Of a DNA stretch of 64,000 nucleotides, positions 8,132 to 16,088 are shown one piece after another. Location: positions 6,554 to 70,553 of the forward strand of contig CAYQST010000010.1 in the NCBI GenBank assembly GCA_964420295.1, read 5' to 3'. The stretch comes from an uncultured Chromatiales bacterium. Its GTDB lineage: Bacteria > Bacteroidota > Ignavibacteria > SZUA-365 > CAYQST01. The notes under the pieces are model-generated. The model did not search any database, was not told the DNA's origin, and saw only the letters and a program-made list of their open reading frames with translations. The first letter of the stretch is position 1, and each line of letters opens with the position of its first letter. The position numbers and the translations under genes were made by a program.

Positions 8132-9718
8132 ATGAGTGAGGTCGTGACCATCGCCCTGCCCTGGGGCCATCGCGAAGAAGAGCTGCAAGCCGCGATCGAA
8201 ATCCGCCTCGGAGCCGGAGCCCCGTACCGCGTGCTCAAACGCAGTCTCGATGCCCGCAATCACCGCGCCATCACGGTTCTGTACTCCATCGAGCCCGAGG
8301 GCCTCGATCCCTGCGAAACCATCCTCGAGAACATCGCCCTCCGCAAATGCCGACTCGCATCCCTGTTCGGAGCCACGCCCCCCCGCGTGGTGATCGTGGG
8401 CGCGGGTCCTGCGGGACTGTTCTGCGCCTGGTGGCTGGTGCTGCACGGACTCCGCCCCATCCTGCTCGAACAGGGTCCCCCGATGCGTGAGCGCATCCGC
8501 GACATGGCCCGGTTCATGAAAACCGGCGACCTCCACCCCCTGTCCAACATCTGTTTCGGAGCCGGTGGCGCCGGGGCCTGGAGCGACGGCAAGCTCATCA
8601 CCCGCATCCGCTCTCCGTACATTCCCTTCGTGATGAAAACCTTCGTGGACCTCGGCGGTCCCGAAGACATCCGCTATCTCTACAATCCCCACCTCGGCTC
8701 CAATCGCATCCGTCGCTGCATCTCCACCATGCTCGATCGCCTGGAAGAGGAAGGAGTGTCTCTGCGCACCAATACCCAGTGGACGGGCCTGGGCGCGGCG
8801 GAAGAAGGTCGCATCGGAACCGTGTGCACCAGCGAGGGTCCCATCGAAAACGTGTCGGCCCTCTTCGTCGCCACGGGACATTCCTCCCGCCTGAGCTTTT
8901 CCCTTCTCCGCGAAGCGGGAGTGGACATGGAAGCCAAGGATTTCGCGGTGGGATTGAGGGTGGAACATCCCGCCGACACCATCAACCGCCTGATGTACGG
9001 AGAGGAATACCGGGAGCGCTATCCGGGTATCGAAACCGCCCAGTACAAATTCGCGCGCACCTGGAAGGAACCCTATCAGGGCGTGTACTCCTTCTGCATG
9101 TGTCCCGGCGGCTACATTTTGAACGCCAGCACGGGACCCGAAGGCGTGGTGACCAACGGCATGAGCAATGCCCTCAAATCGGGCCGCTTCTCCAACGCCG
9201 CCGTGGTGGCGACGGTGACTCGCGAGGATCTGGCAAAGCTCGGCTATCACGGGGTGGACGCCAGTCTCGCCTTTCAGCAGGATCTCGAGGAACGCTTTCG
9301 CGCCTCGGTCAACCGACCCGGCCAGGCTTCGGTGCTGCCCGGACAGAGACTCGCCGATTTCGTGCAGGGTCGCCCCTCGTCCTCCCTCGGTCCCGGTTCC
9401 TGCCTCAATCCCACCCTGCCCGCTTCCCTGCATCAGCTCTTCCCGCCCCATCTCTACGAAGGGCTTCGACGTGGACTGACGAGTCTCGGAGGATCTCTCC
9501 GTCGCTTCTGCGAATCACCGGAAGCCCAGGCGTTCGGTGTGGAAAGCCGCACCAGCTCACCCTATCGCCTGCCCCGCGACCCTGTCACCTTGCAGTCCCC
9601 GTCCCGTCCCCACCTCTATCCCATGGGCGAGGGAGCCGGACACGCGGGAGGGATTACCTCGGCGGCGGTGGATGGTATTCGCTGTGCACAGGCATGGATG
9701 GAAGGGAGTAAAGAGTAA
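8132..9718 (+). CDS. FAD-dependent oxidoreductase (uncharacterised FAD-dependent dehydrogenase type)
   Basis: VVIVGAGPAGL Rossmann motif, GAGGAGAWSDGKL, YSFCMCPGG, GEGAGHAGGITSAAVDG. Confidence 0.88.
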   Translation: MSEVVTIALPWGHREEELQAAIEIRLGAGAPYRVLKRSLDARNHRAITVLYSIEPEGLDPCETILENIALRKCRLASLFGATPPRVVIVGAGPAGLFCAWWLVLHGLRPILLEQGPPMRERIRDMARFMKTGDLHPLSNICFGAGGAGAWSDGKLITRIRSPYIPFVMKTFVDLGGPEDIRYLYNPHLGSNRIRRCISTMLDRLEEEGVSLRTNTQWTGLGAAEEGRIGTVCTSEGPIENVSALFVATGHSSRLSFSLLREAGVDMEAKDFAVGLRVEHPADTINRLMYGEEYRERYPGIETAQYKFARTWKEPYQGVYSFCMCPGGYILNASTGPEGVVTNGMSNALKSGRFSNAAVVATVTREDLAKLGYHGVDASLAFQQDLEERFRASVNRPGQASVLPGQRLADFVQGRPSSSLGPGSCLNPTLPASLHQLFPPHLYEGLRRGLTSLGGSLRRFCESPEAQAFGVESRTSSPYRLPRDPVTLQSPSRPHLYPMGEGAGHAGGITSAAVDGIRCAQAWMEGSKE

Positions 9719-9728
9719 AGAGTGAAGG
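9708..9728 (+). repeat. Heptamer array site A (3 units)
   Basis: GTAAAGA GTAAAGA GTGAAGG; contains the oxidoreductase TAA and runs into the next SD (AGGAGG). Confidence 0.8.
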
Positions 9729-9736
9729 AGGTTGCG

Positions 9737-11794
9737 ATGAGAACGTGGATATGGGTTTTGGTCTTGATGAGTCTGGCGGGGATGCCGATGCGGGCGCAGA
9801 CCGATTTGATGAAAAGGGCCCTGGATGTGTTGCAGCTGGATTCGGCCATGGTGGGGTATCATCCGAAACCCTCGTGGGACGCGGTGGATCGCTCCGATCC
9901 CTTTCGGCTTTCGGTGCATGACGGACTCCTGGCCCACCCCTTCGATCTTCCCACTCACGTTACCGATCTTCTTTTTCAGTACCGCACGGCCCTTACCGCC
10001 GACAGCGCCAATCTGCCCGGATATCGCTGGCCCCAGGTGAGGACTCTCGCTGCCCTTCTCGTGCATTCCGCCCGAAACCTCGGCCTGGACATCGGCAAGG
10101 TGGGTTTCGATTACACGCCTCGTGTGGATTCCACTGAACCCCTGGTGGCGGCTTGGAGGAATCTCTGCATCGCCGCCGGAGCGCAGACAGGGTCCACCAT
10201 CGTCTATCCCCTGCCCACCCAGCATTGGTCCGACGACGAATCCGCTCTGCGTGCCGCCGTGAAGGGTCTGCCCCGGGACTTCGCGCTCGCCCTGGCCGAG
10301 TTGGTGGAGGCCTGTCGCGAGGCCATCGGGTGGAGGCAGAACGCGTTGCGCGCCATTCCCCGGGATCGCTGGGATCACATCTATCGCTCGACGATTCTCG
10401 AACGGTCCCAGTGCGACGCCCACGCCTTCGATCAGGTGGTGTACGACGCCGCCCTGGCCTGCGACGGAGCCAGCATGAGCTATGGCGCCATCCTCCTGGC
10501 CCAGACGGTGGAAAAGGTCCTGCCCCGCCTCGCCGCCTTCGCGGGACGATCCCTGACCCTGGACCTGCCCACGCCCTACGGACGCATTGTCGTGGCGGGG
10601 GCGGAGGCCAACCTGCATGCCTATTCCGACGCCATGATCCTCATCGATCTGGGCGGGAACGATCGGTATCTGGGACCTACGGCCGCTTCGTCTCCCTCCC
10701 TGCCCCTGTCCCTGGTGCTCGATCTGGCCGGAGACGACAGCTATGAATGCGCGGCCCGCGACCTTCCCGCCCAGGGCGCCGGTGTGCTGGGCTACGGGAT
10801 GCTCGTGGATCTGGCGGGCGACGATCGCTACGGCACCGTGACCTTCGGGCAGGGCTGCGGGCGCTTCGGCGTGGGGGTGCTCGACGATCGCGAAGGCGAT
10901 GATCAGTACCGGGCCGAGGGTTTTGCCCAGGGTGCGGGGATGTACGGAATGGGACTTCTCGTCGACCGCCAGGGCGGAGATCGCTACGATCTGGTGTATT
11001 ACGGACAGGGCTATGGCTTTAGCCGCGGGCTGGGGCTTCTGGCCGATGTGCGGGGCGACGATCGCTACACGGCTGACGACGAAACCCTGACGCACGTGGG
11101 AGATGAAACGCCCGAGCACAACGAAAGCAACGCCCAGGGCTTCGGCTCGGGGCGGCGCGGGGATCACACCGACGGGCATAACATGTCCGGCGGCATCGGT
11201 ATTCTCACCGACCTCGACGGCAACGACCAATACTCCGCCGGTGTGTTCGCCCAGGGCAGCGGCTATTGGTTTGGCACCGGCATCCTCAACGACGAAAAGG
11301 GAGACGACCGGTACCGCGGGGTGTTCTTCAACCTGGGCGCGGCGGCCCATTTCGCCATCGGGGCCCTCATCGATCAGCGAGGAAACGACCAATCCGAGCT
11401 GGTACGCACTCTGGGATTCGGCGCGGCCCACGACGGATCGGCGGCCATCTATTTCGATCTGGAAGGGAATGACTCCTACACCATGACCCGGGGCGATGCC
11501 CGATCCGCCAGTCTTGGCGCGGCCCTCAACAGCTCCTTCGCGCTCTTCCTCAACCGGGGTGGAAACGACCGGTACGCGCCCATGGGCGTGAGCTTCGGAC
11601 ATGCTCAATCCCGGCGCGGCGGGGAATATGCCCGACTCGCACCCACGGTGGGACTCTTCTTCGACCTCGGGGGCGAAAACACCTATCCCTCGGGATTCGA
11701 GGCGAAGCCCGGCAAGGAATGGCAGTCGGTGCCCCGGGATCCCGCTCTGGGCATTCATGCCTACGGAATAGACGTCCCGTCCTCAAGCCGCTAG
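9737..11794 (+). CDS. Secreted protein with about 12 hxDxxGxDxY repeats
   Basis: SD AGGAGG; signal peptide MRTWIWVLVLMSLAGMPMRA; repeats LIDLGGNDRY, VLDLAGDDSY, LVDLAGDDRY etc. Confidence 0.8.
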   Translation: MRTWIWVLVLMSLAGMPMRAQTDLMKRALDVLQLDSAMVGYHPKPSWDAVDRSDPFRLSVHDGLLAHPFDLPTHVTDLLFQYRTALTADSANLPGYRWPQVRTLAALLVHSARNLGLDIGKVGFDYTPRVDSTEPLVAAWRNLCIAAGAQTGSTIVYPLPTQHWSDDESALRAAVKGLPRDFALALAELVEACREAIGWRQNALRAIPRDRWDHIYRSTILERSQCDAHAFDQVVYDAALACDGASMSYGAILLAQTVEKVLPRLAAFAGRSLTLDLPTPYGRIVVAGAEANLHAYSDAMILIDLGGNDRYLGPTAASSPSLPLSLVLDLAGDDSYECAARDLPAQGAGVLGYGMLVDLAGDDRYGTVTFGQGCGRFGVGVLDDREGDDQYRAEGFAQGAGMYGMGLLVDRQGGDRYDLVYYGQGYGFSRGLGLLADVRGDDRYTADDETLTHVGDETPEHNESNAQGFGSGRRGDHTDGHNMSGGIGILTDLDGNDQYSAGVFAQGSGYWFGTGILNDEKGDDRYRGVFFNLGAAAHFAIGALIDQRGNDQSELVRTLGFGAAHDGSAAIYFDLEGNDSYTMTRGDARSASLGAALNSSFALFLNRGGNDRYAPMGVSFGHAQSRRGGEYARLAPTVGLFFDLGGENTYPSGFEAKPGKEWQSVPRDPALGIHAYGIDVPSSSR

Positions 11795-11900
11795 GTTCGC
11801 ACCGTGCGACGCCGGAATCGAAGAACGCGGCCTCGGTTGGTGATGCGCTCCACTTTCCGGATATTTGCTTTTCGAATCTCACGTGTAACGACAGGATCAC

Positions 11901-13385
11901 ATGGCACAACAGCAATCCATTCTCGATAAAATCGTCTCCCTGGCCAAACGGCGCGGGTTCGTGTTTCAATCCTCCGAGATTTACGGGGGACTCAACGGCT
12001 GCTGGGACTACGGTCCTTTGGGCGTGGAACTGCTCCGCAACATCAAGGAAAGCTGGTGGAAGGCGATGACCTATCGCGACGATGTCGAGGGAGTGGACGC
12101 GTCCATTCTCATGCATCCCCGGGTATGGGAGGCCTCGGGACACGTGGAAAACTTTACCGATCCCATGGTGGACTGTCGCGAATGCAAGAGCCGGTATCGG
12201 TTGGACGTTCTCTACGAGGGCATGAACGAGAAGAGACGGAAGAAGATCGTGGAGGCCTGGCTCGAGACCTGCGAGCCGGCTCGTCGCGAGCAGCTTCGAG
12301 CTCTCAGTGCCGAAGAGATCCAGGAAGAGGCAGGCAATGCCCTGGTGGACGATGCCGTGGTCTTCGAAGCCCTGAACACGAAGGAGCTTCTCCCCTGTCC
12401 CAACTGCGGGCGGACGGCGACCTTTACCCTGCCGCGAAAATTCAACCTGATGTTCAAGACCTTCGTGGGTCCGGTGGAAGACAGCAGCGCCGTGGTGTAC
12501 CTCCGTCCCGAAACGGCCCAGGGCATCTTCGTCAACTTTCTCAACGTAGCCCAGGCCACGCGTCAGAAGGTCCCGTTCGGCATCGCCCAGATCGGCAAGG
12601 CTTTTCGCAACGAGATCAACACCAAGAATTTCCTCTTCCGCACCCGTGAATTCGAGCAGATGGAAATGCAGTTCTTCGTGCGTCCCGGCACGGACGACGA
12701 GTGGTACGAGGACTGGCGGCAGAGGCGGATGCAGTGGTTCGTGGAAAACGGCATGACGGCCTCCCGGCTCCGTTACCATCCGCACGCGCCCGAAAAGCTG
12801 GCGCACTACGCCAAGGCGGCGGTGGACATCGAATACCAGTTTCCCTTCGGCTGGGGAGAGATCGAAGGCATTCACAATCGCACGAACTTCGATTTGAGTC
12901 GGCACATGGAGTATTCCACCAAGAGCATGGAATACTTCGACGACGAAACGAAGGAGAAGTACGTCCCCTTTGTCATCGAGACCTCAGCCGGAGCCAGTCG
13001 CTCCTTCATGGCCTTTCTGGTGGATGCCTACGAAGAAGAAGTGTTGGAAAAGGAAACCCGCGTGGTGTTGCGCCTCCATCCCCGTCTTGCCCCCTTCAAG
13101 GCGGCCGTGCTTCCGCTGGTCAACCGCGACGGTATGGACGAGATCGGTGCGAAACTACATCGTGAATTGCAGCGCGACGTCAAGGTCTTTTACGACGACA
13201 GCGGCTCCATCGGTCGCCGGTATCGTCGTCAGGATGAAATCGGCACCCCCTGGTGCTTCACGATCGACTCCCAAACCCTCGAGGACGGCACCATCACCGT
13301 GCGCCATCGCGACGCGATGCACCAGGAGCGCATCGCCCTGGCCTCCTGCCGTCGCTTCCTCCTCGACGGCCTCGCCACGCCTTAA
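11901..13385 (+). CDS. glyQS: Glycine--tRNA ligase, homodimeric type
   Basis: KRRGFVFQSSEIYGG, YLRPETAQGIF, FRTREFEQME, IGRRYRRQDEIGTP. Confidence 0.97.
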   Translation: MAQQQSILDKIVSLAKRRGFVFQSSEIYGGLNGCWDYGPLGVELLRNIKESWWKAMTYRDDVEGVDASILMHPRVWEASGHVENFTDPMVDCRECKSRYRLDVLYEGMNEKRRKKIVEAWLETCEPARREQLRALSAEEIQEEAGNALVDDAVVFEALNTKELLPCPNCGRTATFTLPRKFNLMFKTFVGPVEDSSAVVYLRPETAQGIFVNFLNVAQATRQKVPFGIAQIGKAFRNEINTKNFLFRTREFEQMEMQFFVRPGTDDEWYEDWRQRRMQWFVENGMTASRLRYHPHAPEKLAHYAKAAVDIEYQFPFGWGEIEGIHNRTNFDLSRHMEYSTKSMEYFDDETKEKYVPFVIETSAGASRSFMAFLVDAYEEEVLEKETRVVLRLHPRLAPFKAAVLPLVNRDGMDEIGAKLHRELQRDVKVFYDDSGSIGRRYRRQDEIGTPWCFTIDSQTLEDGTITVRHRDAMHQERIALASCRRFLLDGLATP

Positions 13386-13407
13386 CCCTTTACTCTTTAC
13401 TCTTCAC
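13380..13407 (-). repeat. Heptamer array site B (4 units)
   Basis: Minus strand reads GTGAAGA GTAAAGA GTAAAGG GTTAAGG immediately after the stop of the 13408-13740 gene. Confidence 0.8.
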
Positions 13408-13740
13408 TCAGTACGGATACTTCGCCTTCCTCCGCAGTCGTGCTTCGAGGGAGTCGATCACCCGACGGGCCTGGGGCCCGAGTTCGGGGTGTTCCTCCGC
13501 GATCTTACGGGCATCCTCGATATAGGCCCGGGCCAGACTGCGCGGATAGGGAAGAGCGTAGTTCATGGCGTCATTCATGTAATACTCCAGCTTTTCCCGA
13601 GGCGACTTCGGATTCGCGGCGGGAGCCCCCTCCGCATTCGGGTCGGGTCGGGAGGGGAAGAGCAGGACGTAAGAGAGGAACAGAACGACGGCAATGCCGA
13701 TGACATGGATGAGATAGCCGGGACGTTTTTTCACGAACAC
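13408..13740 (-). CDS. Hypothetical membrane-anchored protein, 110 aa
   Basis: N-terminal TM LIHVIGIAVVLFLSYVLLF followed by a helical domain. Confidence 0.7.
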   Translation of the reverse strand: MFVKKRPGYLIHVIGIAVVLFLSYVLLFPSRPDPNAEGAPAANPKSPREKLEYYMNDAMNYALPYPRSLARAYIEDARKIAEEHPELGPQARRVIDSLEARLRRKAKYPY

Positions 13741-13792
13741 ACAAGCCTCGATGGTGAGGATCGAAAAACCGGGAGCAATGTACGGTTTTTGG

Positions 13793-13889
13793 GAAAAGGG
13801 TGGAAGGGGGGGGGTGAATGCGTGAATGGGGGAATGCGTAAATGGCCGCGTTCTCTTCCTCTTAACCCTTCACTCTTTTCTCTCTTGAC
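13793..13889. repeat. Composite palindromic element, site C: purine arm, octamer core, inverse heptamer arm
   Basis: GAAAAGG GTGGAAGG, G9, GTGAATGC GTGAATGG GGGAATGC GTAAATGG, then TCTTAAC CCTTCAC TCTTTTC. Confidence 0.7.
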
Positions 13890-13995
13890 TTTTCTCCGGC
13901 TCTTTCCCAAGTTTCGGCATTGAATTTCCGACGTCATGAAAGTATCCCGCCATGGGATCAGTCCACTACCTTTCACCATTTCGCACGAGGCCATT

Positions 13996-14661
13996 ATGGG
14001 AACCTCTTGTCCCTGTTCTACCCCCCCCCCCCAGAATCCGCTGAGCGGATCGGGCTCCTTTGTTCATGACTGGAACGCGGCCCAGGCTCTGACGCCACGC
14101 AGTCCTCTCGATGTTCTTCTCTTCGCCCAACTCGGAGAAACCGTGGGCACCTTCGAACGCAGCACGATGTACGTCGCACCCGTTGGTGGTTGGGTCACCA
14201 ACAAAGAATCGGGTGAGCCGTTTTGGTATCTCGAAGCCGCACCGGTCTGTACGGCCTATGCCACCGAACAGGGAGAGAAGGTGGCCGATGCCGCCCAGTG
14301 GATGTTTGATCACAAGACCATGTACACCGGCTCAGTATCGGAACCGCGTGAACCCCAGGTCGCGCCACCCGCGACCCGCGTGTTGTATATGCGCGCAGGG
14401 TCGGAATGGAAGAATACCGTGGGAATTCGGTTTAGTGATAATCTTTCCAACGTCCAATTGACCTTCACGCGGAACCTGATGACCCGGGGAGACGAGCAGG
14501 GGACCTATCCGGTGCTTTCCTTTGGTTCCTATCTCCAGGAGACGACCAAGAACCTCATCCTGACCTTCTCGACTCCGGGCATCTACTCCTTTGCCCTGTG
14601 CGGACGGGATGGCAACGATGATTCCGTATGCCTGGAACTGGATATCTGGGCGGTATCATGA
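13996..14661 (+). CDS. Hypothetical protein, 221 aa, beta-rich, no signal peptide
   Basis: GAGG SD before ATG 13996; stop overlaps the next ATG. Confidence 0.7.
   Translation: MGTSCPCSTPPPQNPLSGSGSFVHDWNAAQALTPRSPLDVLLFAQLGETVGTFERSTMYVAPVGGWVTNKESGEPFWYLEAAPVCTAYATEQGEKVADAAQWMFDHKTMYTGSVSEPREPQVAPPATRVLYMRAGSEWKNTVGIRFSDNLSNVQLTFTRNLMTRGDEQGTYPVLSFGSYLQETTKNLILTFSTPGIYSFALCGRDGNDDSVCLELDIWAVS
14021..14032 (+). repeat. C12 homopolymer in codons 9-13
   Basis: TCTA-CCCCCCCCCCCC-AGAAT; longest homopolymer I noticed in the window. Confidence 0.9.
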
Positions 14662-16088
14662 AAACGAGAGATTTCAGGAACATGTCGGTCCCGGACGGGA
14701 TCGACATGTTCTCCACAGCCTTCGACGGTCCCTTTGGTTGGCCACAGAGCAACGCAGCGAGTATGGAACTCCGTCGATCCGATGAGAAGCAAGCAGCTCC
14801 ATGTATCTATTGCTCCGATCTCTTCGATGATTTGGATCTCGACGCACCTCTCCTCACGGCGAATTGCTATGGAGGACAGGGGCTGGGAATGTGGGTGGAT
14901 AGCTACAATTGGCCGGGAGGTGGTCGTCATTGGCAGGAGCTGAATACTGATGGCAAGAAGTATGATTATTTATTTACGCTTCGACTATTGGGTGTACGAA
15001 GCTATATTCTTGGCTCAGAAGATCCTGTTGAATTTCAGAGAATATCATTATTGTCTCGTCAACGAGATGCCAGTTTGCAACTCGGCGAGGTTATATCTGG
15101 ACGTTGGATTGATGGTAACTTAGGGTGGGATCCTATTCGTTTTTCGCCAGAGTCTGGAATAATAACTAGTTTCTATCATGATGAACCGCTAGATACAATG
15201 ATGAATGATGCAAAGGGTGGCGATGCAAACGCAGCGCACCATTGGGAAAGATATCATCCTCTGTTGGATACCTATCTGGCGAATCTCCTTCAATTCCTTT
15301 GTACAATCGATTTTCAAAGCAGCTTCGTCTTTTCCACCTACGACATACTCCTTGTGCAGGATTTTCTCAGTCGACTTCAAACTACTACAGTACCCTGTGG
15401 ACACAATGCGGGAAGATCTATGCTTGATCTTGTGCGAGATGGGACTATCCGAATATACCCGGATTTCTACAGCGAACAAGGGAAGAGGGAGTTCTATCGA
15501 CAACTTCAAGCCACTTATCATATGTATGGCATCCCTACGCAGTGGATCCGGCCTTTCATCAGCACGGGAGCTAACCTGTGCGAATACGAAGAAAAGCGGT
15601 TTGAAACCCAGCCGGTTTCCATCATATGTGAGACGATCTTCCACCAAACGATGGGGTTTGGAGCCCCATACCTGTATACCTCAGGAGGTTGGACCCAGGA
15701 AAAGTGGGACTCGTTGTTCTTTCTCTCCTGGATCCTTGGATGCATCGAACCGGATCGTGTTTCGGGAAGCGGACGCCAGGGTTGTTCCCTGACCCGCCCC
15801 ACCTCGCTTCGCGGCCTGCTTCGACTGCTATGCAATATGTTTCCCATCCAACCGACACGAACCCGGGAGGATGAGCGAATACGATTCCTGGAGTGTTTCT
15901 CGCTGTATAGGGATTATCCGCATCCGCCGGAGAATCCTCAAACCTGTCTTCCCTGTTGCGTAAATGCCGTCGGAGAATCGATCCCCATTGATACCGTCCA
16001 CTATCGAGCGCTTCGCGCGAATTGTGCGACACTTCCAAAATGCTGCAAAGATGTGAACTTGTGTAGAACCACCTCTCCCAATGCATGA
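14658..16088 (+). CDS. Hypothetical Cys-rich protein, 476 aa, AT-rich core
   Basis: Long ORF in AT-rich DNA with ATGA overlaps at both ends; PCIYCS, TCLPCCVN and PKCCKDVNLC clusters. Confidence 0.75.
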   Translation: MKTRDFRNMSVPDGIDMFSTAFDGPFGWPQSNAASMELRRSDEKQAAPCIYCSDLFDDLDLDAPLLTANCYGGQGLGMWVDSYNWPGGGRHWQELNTDGKKYDYLFTLRLLGVRSYILGSEDPVEFQRISLLSRQRDASLQLGEVISGRWIDGNLGWDPIRFSPESGIITSFYHDEPLDTMMNDAKGGDANAAHHWERYHPLLDTYLANLLQFLCTIDFQSSFVFSTYDILLVQDFLSRLQTTTVPCGHNAGRSMLDLVRDGTIRIYPDFYSEQGKREFYRQLQATYHMYGIPTQWIRPFISTGANLCEYEEKRFETQPVSIICETIFHQTMGFGAPYLYTSGGWTQEKWDSLFFLSWILGCIEPDRVSGSGRQGCSLTRPTSLRGLLRLLCNMFPIQPTRTREDERIRFLECFSLYRDYPHPPENPQTCLPCCVNAVGESIPIDTVHYRALRANCATLPKCCKDVNLCRTTSPNA

